From contig CAWCTR010000024.1 in the NCBI GenBank assembly GCA_963798485.1, positions 50,847 to 114,846 of the forward strand: 64,000 nt of DNA, read 5' to 3'. A program made the translations under genes and the position numbers. Positions 50,359 through 61,517 of this stretch are shown here, piece after piece. Source of the stretch: an uncultured delta proteobacterium (GTDB lineage Bacteria; Desulfobacterota; Desulfomonilia; UBA1062). Each line of letters opens with the position of its first letter. Positions within the stretch are counted from its first letter, which is position 1. The notes under the pieces are model-generated. The model was not told the DNA's origin and did no database searches. It saw nothing but the letters and a program-made list of their open reading frames with translations.

Positions 50359-52405
50359 TTAGTCTTCATCCGGTATAGTATTCAGGTCCAGCATCCAGGG
50401 TGCTTCCTCGCCGTCAGAAGGTGCGCGGTAATCGCCCCTTGGCGATAATGAACCGCCCGAACCCACCTTGGGGGCGTTCGGGATGCACGAGCGTTTGTAC
50501 TGAGCTGATCTTGAAGAAGCGGTGGATAAAGACCTCAAGCCAGTGTCTGATCTGCCAAAGCGTGTACTGGTGTCTCTTCTTAGGGGGTATGTCCGGCCAT
50601 CTTCCCTTGGCTGCATCGTGCCATGCACAATATGCAAGAAAGGCCACCTTGGAAGGCAGAAAGCCATAACGGGTGATGTAGAAAGTATTGAAGTCCTGTA
50701 GCTCATAAGGACCGATTGTAGCCTCGGTGCTCTGGGCCGGCTCACCGTTGACTGTCCCGGGGATGAGCTCGGGGCTGATCTCGGTTTCCAGGATGCCTTC
50801 CAAACAGAGCGATGCCTTGTTCCCGAATATCTTTTCAGATGCCACCCAGCGGATTATATACTGGATGAGCGTCTTGGGTACGCTCGCGTTCACGTTGTAA
50901 TGGGACATGTGGTCGCCCACACCATAGGTGCACCAGCCCAGAGCCAGCTCGCTCAGGTCGCCGGTGCCCACCACCAGGCCGTTTTTCATGTTGGCAAGGC
51001 GGAAAAGGATGGAGGTCCGCTGTCCTGCCTGAATGTTTTCAAAGGTAATATCGTAAAGCTCTTTCCCTTGCCCATAGGCGTGGCCGATATCCTTCATCAT
51101 CTGATTGCAGCTCGGCCGTATATCGATCTCTGAAGCATTCACACCCAGGGCCTTCATGAGGGCATTGGCGTTGGCATATGTCTTATCCGAGGTGGCAAAG
51201 CCCGGCATGGTGTAGGCCTTGATGTTCTTGCGTGACAACCCCAGCATATCCACGGTCCGTGCGCACACAATGAGGGCATGGGTGGAGTCGAGCCCGCCCG
51301 ATACCCCGATGACGAGGTTTTCTATCCCTGTTGACTTCATCCTTTTCGCCAGCCCCTGAACCTGGATATTATAGATCTCATAACATCGCTTCTCCCGGAG
51401 AGAGGGGTCTAAAGGGACATACGGAAACCGGGGTATCTCCCGCACGGGCATGATCCTGCCGCGAGGCCCTGCCAGGGGGAACCTTACCTTCCTGAAGGTC
51501 TTCGTTCCCTGCCGGGTATTGCCATCGGTGAAGCTCGTCATGATCATACGGTCCTTTACCAGGCGGTCAAGGTCGATATCCGCCATAATGACCTGGGGGT
51601 CCCATGAGAAGCGTTCGGACTCACACAGAAGGGCGCCGTTCTCATAGATGATGGCATGGCCGTCCCATGCAAGGTCGGTGGTGGATTCGCCGGGGCCTGC
51701 GGCAGTGTAGAGGTACGCTGCAATGCACCGGGCGGATTGGTTCGCGGCAAGGTCACGGCGGTATTCATCCTTGCCCGTAGTTATGTTGGATGCCGAGAGG
51801 TTGGCGATAACCGTCGAGCCTGCCATGGCTGCGTGGCTGGAAGGCGGGATGGGCGTCCAGAGGTCCTCACAGATCTCCACAAACATGCGTAGTCCCGGGA
51901 TGCCGTCCGCCTCGAAAATTAGATCGGCGCCAATGGGAACGCCCTTTTTCCCGCAAAGATCGATGGTCTCCACCGGCAGATCCTTGGCGGGCCTGAAATG
52001 GCGCAGCTCGTAGAACTCCCTATAATTCGGCAAGTAGCTCTTTACCGCAACGCCCAAAATATTACCTCCGCACATAATGACCGCACAGTTGAACAGGGCA
52101 TCCATTACCTTGAGCGGCGCACCGACGACAATGGCCATGCCGAGGCCTGTGGTTGCCTTCCTAAGTTCTTCAAGGGCTGAAAGGACACTGCCCTGCAAGG
52201 CATCCTGAAAGAACAGGTCCTCACTGGTATAGCCGGCCAGGCCCATCTCAGGGAATACCGCAACCACACAATGCCGTTCATAGGCCTTGCGGGCACAATC
52301 GAGGATCTTCTGCGCATTAAAGCAGGGGTCCGCCACCTTGACCTCGGGGATGCATGCAGCAACGCGGATGAAGCCGTGCCGGTACAGGTTCAGAAACTCC
52401 GACAT
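50359..52405 (-). CDS. nadE: Glutamine-dependent NAD(+) synthetase (one frameshift near 50503)
   Basis: Nitrilase domain FPE, K..LPNY.EFYE, EICEDLW; SGGLDST, GTGDLSE; C-terminus [27 protein letters not shown] resumes in another frame after one extra base. Confidence 0.92.
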
Positions 52406-52691
52406 ATCTTTTGAACGCCTTTTCCCCAAAGCTCTCCCGTCCTTCGTTATGCCCTTTATTATACATCGGATAATAACAACACACAAAATAAATACAGTTT
52501 TAAGTGAGGAGATCCGAGTCGAAGGTGTCGCATGTCATAGAGATCTATATTTAGGAACTCTGCTTTGCATAGACGACAAGCCCCAGACCGCCGATATCGG
52601 TCTGTCGGGCAGGAACGGCGGTGAAGCAAATAATCCCCATGAAGATTACGACACGCAAGACATTCCTGTTACTTATTTTTTCCCTTCCCTA

Positions 52692-53423
52692 TTAATGCGG
52701 CGTCGTGGTGACGACCGCTCTGACGTTCCTGTATTTGTCTTTCTTCACCATCTCCCGCATGCCGGCGATGGTTTGGATACTCAGGTTTTTCGTGAGGAGG
52801 TTAACGACGAAGGACGGGATGTTACCACCCGGGTCCGCCAGAGCTACATAGGTGACCTCGGTCTTGTCTGGTCCTTTGGGAACCAGAATATAGTCCGCAA
52901 TCAGAAGAGGCATCCTGACCTTTTTCTTATCCATTTTATAATCTGACTTTATGCCTTCTGCATGGAAATAGAGCGTTCCGGTTGCCTTGTCGATTGACCA
53001 TTCGCCCTTGCCGACAACATCCCGATCACTCACCGGATATGGCATGGAGGTTACATTATAGAAATGCTTGGAATCCGTTGTATTTTTGAGCTCAGGGGTA
53101 TTGACAACCGAGGATTCTTTGCACTTGTACATGTATTCAGTACCCGCCGGCGCGTCTCGGAGGAGCGCCTCGATGACGGCCACTGGTGCCTCAATAATGC
53201 CGACTCCTTTCATCTGATCGACACTACTTTTGGTTGATGGCCTGGTATACCCCACGATGCCATTTGACTCTCCGATCTTTTTCCAGCCGGTGTCATCAGC
53301 CCATGAACCTGAAAAACACATTGACATGATGAACAGAGCAATCATGTTTATCTGAAAGAATTTCATTTTTAACGAGGTAGGATTACAGAAGCGAACCGAT
53401 AGAATTTTCTTTTGTAGTTCCAT
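52692..53423 (-). CDS. START-domain lipid-binding protein with signal peptide
   Basis: Hydrophobic leader ending SWA-DD; W......GI..Y, PYPVSDRD.V, TEVTY....DPGG.IP..VVN. Confidence 0.8.
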   Translation of the reverse strand: MELQKKILSVRFCNPTSLKMKFFQINMIALFIMSMCFSGSWADDTGWKKIGESNGIVGYTRPSTKSSVDQMKGVGIIEAPVAVIEALLRDAPAGTEYMYKCKESSVVNTPELKNTTDSKHFYNVTSMPYPVSDRDVVGKGEWSIDKATGTLYFHAEGIKSDYKMDKKKVRMPLLIADYILVPKGPDKTEVTYVALADPGGNIPSFVVNLLTKNLSIQTIAGMREMVKKDKYRNVRAVVTTTPH

Positions 53424-53558
53424 ATTGTTCTCCCTGGGGTAATAAGCCAGTGTCAGATTCAGTTGTTGAAGGTAGGGCTCCCAAAGAAACACACCTTTGG
53501 GAACCCCGGGTTAGAAGAGAGCTTTCCTTTCTCCATCCTCTGGCAAAAATGATTGGGA

Positions 53559-54590
53559 TCACTTCGCCTTTCTGATCCGCCTCTTCGTTGTGTCGATGCC
53601 CAGAAGCCGCCCCAGGTTGCCGCCGAACATCTTTGCCTTGTCCTCGTCCGTAATGGGCGGATAGCCATAGCCTTCCTGCATGTCCTCGGGTATCTGGAAA
53701 TTCCGCAACCCCTCCACGGCACCTTTGATCTGGACGCCATAGCCGGCATAGTCCGTTCCCCAGATGATCTTGTCAGGCCCGACCCACCGCATGGCTTCGC
53801 CTATGATAGTAGCGAATTTTTTAGGAGCCGTAATCGCCCAGGGAACCAGGAGGCTCAGGCAGACATACAGATTCGCATGTCCCATGGCCACCATGTTCAA
53901 CTGATCGCAATGAGGGTACCCCATATGAAACGCCACGATCTTTAATTCAGGAAAATCACGGCACACATCGTCAAGGAACACAGGGTTCGCATACTTGCTC
54001 ACCTGTGGCGGACACCACGACATGCCGGTATGAATATCCAGCACGATGCCGAGCTCTTCGCATTTCTCATAGAAGGGCCATAAATCCGGATCATTGATAT
54101 AGGTATCCTCGGTGCATAGGTATTTGAATATCTTTGCCTTCTTTTCCTTTACCCAGTACTCCAATTCCCTGATGGTATTCTTCACGCCCTTGAACTTGAT
54201 GGGAGACATATTGGGCTGATACATAAAACGATCGGGATTTGATTCCACGATCTCAGCCATTTCTCCGTTCGTGCAGAACCGGCCCGAATAGCCGCAGGTA
54301 TCCATGCACGACTCGGGCAAGAGGCAGGCAATGTCTACGCCATACTTGTCCATGGCGCGCAGGATATTCGATGGGTCAGGATTCTTCTGCGTCTCCCACT
54401 CTTCCAAACCTTCCGCGGCCTTCACCAGGATGTTGGGGTGCGTGCCGGTGAAGAGTGGCCTTGAAATATTTTCGATTGCCTTCCACCACATCCGGTATCC
54501 GGGGAAATATTCATAGTAGGAACCATTTTTCCCAATAAGATGGGGCTCGGGATCGATCTTAAAATAACCATCATCAATCTTTTTTGTCAT
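53559..54590 (-). CDS. Amidohydrolase_2 family metal-dependent hydrolase (copy B)
   Basis: MDKYGVD.A, DIHTG, AFHMGYP, WGTDY, K.FGGN..RL. Confidence 0.85.
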   Translation of the reverse strand: MTKKIDDGYFKIDPEPHLIGKNGSYYEYFPGYRMWWKAIENISRPLFTGTHPNILVKAAEGLEEWETQKNPDPSNILRAMDKYGVDIACLLPESCMDTCGYSGRFCTNGEMAEIVESNPDRFMYQPNMSPIKFKGVKNTIRELEYWVKEKKAKIFKYLCTEDTYINDPDLWPFYEKCEELGIVLDIHTGMSWCPPQVSKYANPVFLDDVCRDFPELKIVAFHMGYPHCDQLNMVAMGHANLYVCLSLLVPWAITAPKKFATIIGEAMRWVGPDKIIWGTDYAGYGVQIKGAVEGLRNFQIPEDMQEGYGYPPITDEDKAKMFGGNLGRLLGIDTTKRRIRKAK

Positions 54591-54608
54591 GATGAACTCC
54601 TCATTATC

Positions 54609-56034
54609 TTACCGATGCATGATTTGGTCGAGTTCTCCTTCAGCATATTCCCAGGTCTTGGATAGATCCTTGCGAGCCCAATCACTGGCCGTCTGCCACA
54701 CGCGATTCTTCAGTGGCACGATGGGGCGCCTGGCATATTCCTCGATATGCTCTTCCTGTCCTGTTCGCGGGTTTTTGATGCACCGCACCGGAAGCATTGC
54801 AACAAAGCGGAAGATGCAGCCCAGGTTGCAGCGGGTGCATTTGATGATCTCCTTCTCTCTGCCTTCCCTCACCTTGTTTACCCAGTCGGGATCCGCAATC
54901 TGCTGTCTCCCCTGTGAAACCATGCTTGCTTTGCCGTTCTTCAGCACATCCACGACATTTTCCGGGTTATGCACGGACGGGCAGATGACCGGGATCTTTA
55001 CCGCAGCCTGGATGATGGCAGACTTGTCCATGACCTGCCCCTCGGAGTTGGGCAGAAAATCGCTCATGGCCTCGTAGGAGCCGTCGGACAGATTGATGAA
55101 GTCAGCCCCTTCTTCCTCTACCCGCTTCGCTATCATGGCGGCAAAATGTGGGATCATACCCGCCGGGCAGATCGTCGGAGGCCGAGAATCGCACCCCCAC
55201 CGGATAATCAGGCCCGACATACCGACGCACCGACCGGATCAGCTCCAGCAGAAAACGAATACGGTTCTCAAAACTGCCGCCGTATTCATCCTTCCGGTAG
55301 TTGGACCGTTCGACAAGGAAGGAATGCACCAGATAGCCGTGGCAGGCATGGATCTCAACGCCGTCATATCCTGCCACTCTCGCAATCCTGGCACCATTGC
55401 TTTCATCGATGACAAGCTGCTTGATCTCTTCCCGCGTGATTTCCCTGGGCTGCTGCCCCATCATATGCATCACGGGGATCTTATCCACCAGGGCGAGGAA
55501 GGCTTCAGGATCTTTCTCCATATCAGGGATCACACCATTGTATCCCGCCATCCTGATCCCCCCCCTTAAGAGCTTCATATCCATTGAGCCGTTGATGCCC
55601 TTATGAAACTGCCAGCGCCAGGGAATAGCCGAGGCCGAGACCGGTTCGGCCGCACCGAGATCGCTTGTTCCCTGCCTGCCGGGTCCGGTGAAAAGTTGGG
55701 CGAAGATCCTGGCGCCAAAGGAATGCACATGTTCCACCAGCTCGGATTGCAGCGGCACATAGCGATAATCGGTCAGGTACGGATTGTTATACTTGCGGTA
55801 GGTGTCCGCACAGGGCAGAGTGGATACTGCCTGCGCCTCGGTGATGATGAGGCCGGTGCCGCCCTTTGCCCTTGCGGCGTAATATGCCATCTGCTGCTTG
55901 CTGATGTAGTGATCCGGTGCCGTGTAGTTGCAATTCATGGGTGCCATGACGATGCGGTTCTTGATCTCGCACCCATTGATGGTAATCGGCTCGAATATCG
56001 GTGCATATTCTTTATTAACCAAGCCTTCTTTCAT
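54609..56034 (-). CDS. NADH:flavin oxidoreductase (OYE family) with Fe-S motif (copy B; one frameshift near 55150)
   Basis: KNRIVMAPM, RAKGGTGLII, EIHACHGYL, DEYGGSFENR.RF; the downstream frame carries GRQQIADPDW and CTRCNLGC-x11-C. Confidence 0.85.
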
Positions 56035-56136
56035 TGTTACCTCCTCTTTAAATTATTTATTTCAGAGAAGTGTTCAGGTTTACTCTCTATTTAAGAGAGA
56101 CTGGCGCACTATCCTCTGAATGTTCATGCCATCTGG

Positions 56137-57171
56137 TTACTTCGATATCGAGATACGCCTTTTCGATGTGTCGATTCCCAAAAGACGGCCGAGGTTACCG
56201 CCGAACATCTTTGCCCTGTCCTCGTCCGTGATGGGCTGATACCCGTACTGCATCTGCAGGTCTTCGGGGATCTGGAAGTCTCTCAGGCCCATAACCGCAC
56301 CCCTGATCTGAGCGGCATACCCAGCATAGTCGGTTCCCCAGGTGATCTTGTCCGGGCCGACCCACCTCATGGCCTCGCCCAGAAGCTTGGCGAACTTTCG
56401 CGGCGCTGTAACGGACCAAGGCACCAGCAGGCTCATGCAGATATAGACATTCGGGTGCTGCATGGCGATCATGTTGAGGTCGTCGCTGTATGGATACCCC
56501 ATGTGGAAGGCGTTGATCTTGAGCTCGGGGAAATCGCGGGCCACATCGTCGAGCTGGACGGGCAGGGCATACTTGCTCTTTCCAGGCGGCACCCAGCAGA
56601 ATCCTGTGTGGATATCGAGCACGATGCCGAGCTCCTGAGCCTTCTCATAGAACGGCCATATCTCTGGGTCGTTCATGTAGGTGTCTTCCGGCGGGTAGAA
56701 CTTGAAGATCTTCGCACCTTTCTCCTTGACCCAGTAGGTCATCTCCTTGATGGTGTTCTGAACTCCCTTGTGCTTGATGGGCGAGACATTGGGCTGATAC
56801 ATGAACCGGTCCGGATTAGTCTCCACGATCTTGGCCATCTGGCCGTTGGTCACCCACCGGGCCGTGTATCCGGTGGAGTCCATCATGGATTCGGGCAGCA
56901 GGCAGGCGATGTCGACACCGTACTTGTCCATTGCCCAGATAATGTTCTCAGGTGAAGCATCCTTGGTCGCTTCTCGTTCTTCCATACCCTCGGCATACGG
57001 TGCCAGCATTTCCCACGGGGCTCCGGTCATGAGCGGCCTTTTGATATTCTCAATGGCTCTCCACCACATCTGCACACCCGGGAAATAGTTCAGATGATCC
57101 ATCTCCCCGATGAGGTGGCACTCCGGGTCGATCTTGAAATAATTGTCTGTTCCTTGGGCAGCATCTGTCAT
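56137..57171 (-). CDS. Amidohydrolase_2 family metal-dependent hydrolase (copy A)
   Basis: Same motifs as 53559-54590 and clearly paralogous along its whole length. Confidence 0.85.
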   Translation of the reverse strand: MTDAAQGTDNYFKIDPECHLIGEMDHLNYFPGVQMWWRAIENIKRPLMTGAPWEMLAPYAEGMEEREATKDASPENIIWAMDKYGVDIACLLPESMMDSTGYTARWVTNGQMAKIVETNPDRFMYQPNVSPIKHKGVQNTIKEMTYWVKEKGAKIFKFYPPEDTYMNDPEIWPFYEKAQELGIVLDIHTGFCWVPPGKSKYALPVQLDDVARDFPELKINAFHMGYPYSDDLNMIAMQHPNVYICMSLLVPWSVTAPRKFAKLLGEAMRWVGPDKITWGTDYAGYAAQIRGAVMGLRDFQIPEDLQMQYGYQPITDEDRAKMFGGNLGRLLGIDTSKRRISISK

Positions 57172-57254
57172 AGATAATGCACCTCCTTTCTGTCATCGTT
57201 TTCTCTATCATCACATCTTCCGGGCCTACTCGGACGAAGGATGACTCATTCCTT

Positions 57255-58613
57255 CTACCGTGGTGTACGTCCCTGTAATGGCCTCCAGCTCTTTTCGATA
57301 TAGCCTAATTCGCTCCTCCACCACGGACGATCAAGTGACGGCATAGGCGCTCTCATCACACCCTCGGGGATAAGTAACTCATGTTTCTGCCACGGGCCGA
57401 TCTTGTATTCATCCAGGGCATATTCCCTTCCCAGGTTCGGATTTTGCGTGCATGCGGGAGTAAGCGCAGCAAGGAAGCGCATGACACAGGTATTGCATCG
57501 CGAGCACCGGACAATCTCTTTTGCTTTTCCGGATTCAAGCTTGTTCACGTATTCCGGGTCGCAGTAAAGCTGCCTTCCCATTGCCTGGAGGTCGTACTTG
57601 CCTTCGGCTATGTTCTTTTCGATCTTGACCGGATCGTGCTGAGAGGAAACAATGACCGGAATCTTGAGCGCCTTCTTGAATGCCTCTCCATGCTCGGGGA
57701 TGTGCCTGGAACGGTCCATGTCCGTGATGAGGTGGCCGCTTTCCTCGTAGCCGGCGCCGTCGGACAGACTGATATAATCCAGACCTAAAGCCTCCAGGTC
57801 CTTCGCAACATCGATCATCTCTTCCTCGGTCAGGCCGCCCTGCATATGCTCTTCCGCGCTGATCCTGCACCCGACGGCAATACCCGGGCAGGCATAACGG
57901 ATCTGTTCGGCGACCTCCATGAGGAAACGCTTGCGGTTGCGCCATTCTCCGCCGTACATATCCGTGCGTTTATTGGAGAAAGGAGACAAGAACTGATGCT
58001 CGAGATACCCGTGCGGGCCGTGGATCTCTATGGCATCGAACCCACAGACAACTGCAAGCTGGCAGCTATTGGCAAATTCCTTCTGTTCGCTGCGGATCTC
58101 TTCTATGGACATCTCGCGCGTCATTTGCCCTGTCATATAGTATCTAGTATATTCAATAGCGCTATAAAGATCTGCGAGATGGTTGGGCGATTTTTCAGCT
58201 GCTATCTCATAGGGCAGACCGGCAGTCGCAGCCGGGGCCGGCATATGGTGATCATAGGAATGGCCTTGCCTGCCGAAACCAATGGTCATCTGAGCCGCCA
58301 CCTTGGACCCGAAATAGTGAACCCTGTCGGTCAGGTTGTTCATTCCAAGCATGTGTCCCTGATGGTAGAGATGCGGATTCCTGCCGGCCGGAAACTCTGC
58401 CGCCAGCTTGGTGCCCATGATCGCACCCGTGGTGATCAGTCCGGTTCCTCCTTTTGCACGAGCGCCAAAATATGCAATATACTGCTCCCCCACTTCACCA
58501 TGCGCCCCTGATAACGCCTCGTTCATCGGGGCCATTACGATCCTGTTCTTCAGCTCGATGGGACCGATCTTGATAGGTGACAAGATGTGCGCGAATTCTT
58601 TTTTCCCTGACAT
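57255..58613 (-). CDS. NADH:flavin oxidoreductase (OYE family) with Fe-S motif (copy A)
   Basis: KNRIVMAPM, EIHGPHGYL, NKRTD.YGG, MGRQL..DP, CSRCNTC-x11-C..NP. Confidence 0.88.
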   Translation of the reverse strand: MSGKKEFAHILSPIKIGPIELKNRIVMAPMNEALSGAHGEVGEQYIAYFGARAKGGTGLITTGAIMGTKLAAEFPAGRNPHLYHQGHMLGMNNLTDRVHYFGSKVAAQMTIGFGRQGHSYDHHMPAPAATAGLPYEIAAEKSPNHLADLYSAIEYTRYYMTGQMTREMSIEEIRSEQKEFANSCQLAVVCGFDAIEIHGPHGYLEHQFLSPFSNKRTDMYGGEWRNRKRFLMEVAEQIRYACPGIAVGCRISAEEHMQGGLTEEEMIDVAKDLEALGLDYISLSDGAGYEESGHLITDMDRSRHIPEHGEAFKKALKIPVIVSSQHDPVKIEKNIAEGKYDLQAMGRQLYCDPEYVNKLESGKAKEIVRCSRCNTCVMRFLAALTPACTQNPNLGREYALDEYKIGPWQKHELLIPEGVMRAPMPSLDRPWWRSELGYIEKSWRPLQGRTPR

Positions 58614-58657
58614 AATACAACCTCCTCTTTATTGTTTTTTATGGTTACTGAATAATA

Positions 58658-60228
58658 TCAGCTGATCATCCTGTCTTTGCCTTCCCAGAACTTCTTTTTG
58701 ACGTCTTTTTTAACGATCTTGCCGACGATGGTTTTGGGGATATCTCCCAGAAGGCCACTGCCTTGGGACACTTGTATCCCGCCAGGTTCTTCTTGCAGTG
58801 CTCGATGATCTCCTCTTCCGTCGCCTGCTTACCGGGACTGAAGCACGACGACAGCCTGAACCACTTCACCCCATTTCGCATCGGGCGCTGAAACACGGTG
58901 CATTCCCGCACCGCCGGATGCTGATAAATAATATCTTCCACTTCCTTGGGATAAACATTCTCGCCGCCGGAAATAATCATGTCGGCCTTGCGGTCGGTCA
59001 TGAAGATGTAGCCATCTTCATCCATGTAGCCCATATCGCCGGTATGATACCAACCACCTTTCAAGACCTCTGCAGTAAGCTTGGGATTCTTCCAGTAGCC
59101 CAGCATGATATGCTTGCCTTTGGCGCATATTTCACCATACTCACCCGGACCCAGGGTCTTATCATTTTCATCCACGATTTTAACTCGTGAGTTGGGCATC
59201 GGCTTCCCGGCGCTGACCAGATACTTCGACATTCGGTCCATCCAGGTGATGATCCTTCCATGACAATCCGGATATGCCTGCGCCGGCTGTTTCCGTTGCG
59301 CCATATCCCTGGGCAAATTTATTCCCGAATTTTCGAATGCATTTTTTTAGAACTTCCGTGGGGAAGGGGCTGCCGGCATATGATAGAAACCTCAGGCTGG
59401 AGAGATCGTAATTCTTCGACATTCGGATAATCCACCATCCAGCCGTAGATCGTGGGAACAAGATTCATGTGGGTGCATTTTTCGTCTTCGATCAGTTTGA
59501 AGATCGTGTCCAGATCTGGTTTGCGATTGATGCATACCTTGCCCCCGACGAGCAAGATCGCCAGAATCGGCCACCAGGAAACATGAAAGATGGGCAGAAC
59601 AAAACAGGTGGAATCGTCTTCCGTAAATCCGCTGGCCAAGGCAGACGTTATTCCGGCTAAAACGGCGCTGCGGTGGGAAAGCATCACGCCCTTGGGCAGT
59701 CCCGTGGTTCCGCCCGTGTACATCAGAATGGCCAGATCGTCTTCCTGGATATCATATTGATCCAAATCCGGTTCCAACGCGGGCGATATCGTCCAACACC
59801 TTATCGTAATCAAGGAATCCGCAGACAGGATTATCCAGGCTCACCCATGCTTTAATATTCTTGAAGCCATTTTTCATTTGTTTGACTTTTTCTTCATACC
59901 CGTCGCCGACAACAAAGAAAGTCGTTTCGCTGTCGTTGATGATAAATGCAATCTCATCGTCACCCAGACGAACATTGACCGGTGTAACCCGCACTCCTAT
60001 CTTGGCCGCGGCAAAATAGACTTCCAGATATTTGGCGCAATTATCGGCCATGATGGCAAGTCCGTCGCCCTTCCTGCAGCCTGCTTTGATGAGAAAGTTG
60101 GCAAATCTATTGATCCGTTCATTGAATTGTTTATAGGTATAACGTTTGCCTTCAAAAACCACGGCAATATTATCCGGCCATAATACGGCGCCGCAACGAG
60201 GGATATCTCCTAATGTGTACATCGTCAT
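58658..60228 (-). CDS. Long-chain-fatty-acid--CoA ligase (several frameshifts)
   Basis: Fragments in successive frames: YTGGTTGLPKGV, QGYGATET, WYHTGD.G, DRKADMIISGGENVYP, C-terminus ..KKFWEGKDRMIS*. Confidence 0.85.
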
Positions 60229-60245
60229 ATCTCCTTTGTCTTCGT

Positions 60246-61409
60246 TTACGGCCACGACTTGGGCAGGCCCTGGAACTGCATCAATATGTTCCGGCTCATC
60301 TCGTTGGAGATGGGCGAGAACTGGATCTGATAGGCATCGCGCAGGAACATGGAGACCGGATACTCGTTGCAGATGCCGTACCCGCCGAAGATCTCGGCTC
60401 CGAAGGTTCCGGCGTGACGCGCACCCTCGGCCGCCACAAGCTTGGCCATGGTCGCCTCCAGATGATAGGGTTTGCCGTTATCGCAGAGCCATGCGGCCTT
60501 GTAGGTCAGGTTGCGGGAATTCTCCAGGTTGATGTACATGTCCGCCAGATAGTTCTGCAGGATCTGGAAGCGGCTGATGGGCCCGCCGAAGGCGTTACGC
60601 TCCTGGACGTACTTGAAGCAGAAATCATAGATGGCGGCGATGATGCCGACACCCATCATGGCCACGCCGATGCGTTCCGGGTTGAGCACAGTCATGATCT
60701 CGTAGAAGGCATTGCCGCGCGTGCCCAGCATGTTTTCCTTGGGAACTTCCACATTGTCATAGAATATCTCCACGCTTTCACAATGATGACAGCTGATTTT
60801 TCCGATCTTACGAATCGTTATGCCGGGGGTCTCGCGAGGAACCATTATTGTAGTCCATGATTTACTTTTTTTGGCATCCCTTTCCGTTTTACAGACGGTA
60901 ATCAGGGAATCCGCCACATGAGCCCCGGTGATAAATATTTTTTGCCCGCTGATGACCCACCGGTCACCCTTGTCTTCGGCAAAAGTGGATAGAGCCCCCA
61001 GGATATCCGTGCCGCCGCCAGGTTCGGTCAGCGCCATGCAGGTCTTGAATTTGCCTTCAGCGATAAGTGGCAGATACTTTTCTTTCTGCTCCTTTGTGCC
61101 CAATTCTCCAATGAAACGAACACCAAATCCCGCTGTAGTGCCTACCGCCAAAGCAACAGACATGGACGCCTTACAGATTTGCTCAAAGCCGACCATTACG
61201 TCGACCATCCCCAGGCCTTGCCCCCCGTATTCAACCGGCACCGCTGCGGAAAACATCCCTAAATCAGCGAATTTTTGCCAAAGCTCGTCCGGCGGAAAAT
61301 CAACATTTTCATCCATCCATTTCACATATTCGTAATTTAGCTCCTTCTCGCAGAACCGCTTAACGGTCTGCTGCATAAGGATTTGTTCCTCGGTAAATCC
61401 GAAATCCAT
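60246..61409 (-). CDS. Acyl-CoA dehydrogenase
   Basis: MDF.FTEEQ, P.EYGG.G, ALTEPGGGTD, GQKIFIT, R.AFG.PI..FQ, FGGYG...EY. Confidence 0.92.
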   Translation of the reverse strand: MDFGFTEEQILMQQTVKRFCEKELNYEYVKWMDENVDFPPDELWQKFADLGMFSAAVPVEYGGQGLGMVDVMVGFEQICKASMSVALAVGTTAGFGVRFIGELGTKEQKEKYLPLIAEGKFKTCMALTEPGGGTDILGALSTFAEDKGDRWVISGQKIFITGAHVADSLITVCKTERDAKKSKSWTTIMVPRETPGITIRKIGKISCHHCESVEIFYDNVEVPKENMLGTRGNAFYEIMTVLNPERIGVAMMGVGIIAAIYDFCFKYVQERNAFGGPISRFQILQNYLADMYINLENSRNLTYKAAWLCDNGKPYHLEATMAKLVAAEGARHAGTFGAEIFGGYGICNEYPVSMFLRDAYQIQFSPISNEMSRNILMQFQGLPKSWP

Positions 61410-61517
61410 AGTCTTCCTCCATAATGTCATTTTGTTTTTATATCAGAGGCAATACTTGCTCGTCTCTACCCCTGACAAATGTTTTAAGCAGAACCTCAAC
61501 ATCCAATCTTTCTTTGC

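Noticed and set aside
52551-52685. Short minus-strand frame after the START gene resembling a signal peptide fused to a terminal beta-strand
   Set aside because: No start codon at the expected place and too short to support; at most a deletion remnant.
7717-59813. Programmed frameshifting or selenocysteine readthrough explaining the split genes
   Set aside because: The breaks are frame changes rather than in-frame TGA codons, lack a common slippery motif, and occur in families not known for recoding.
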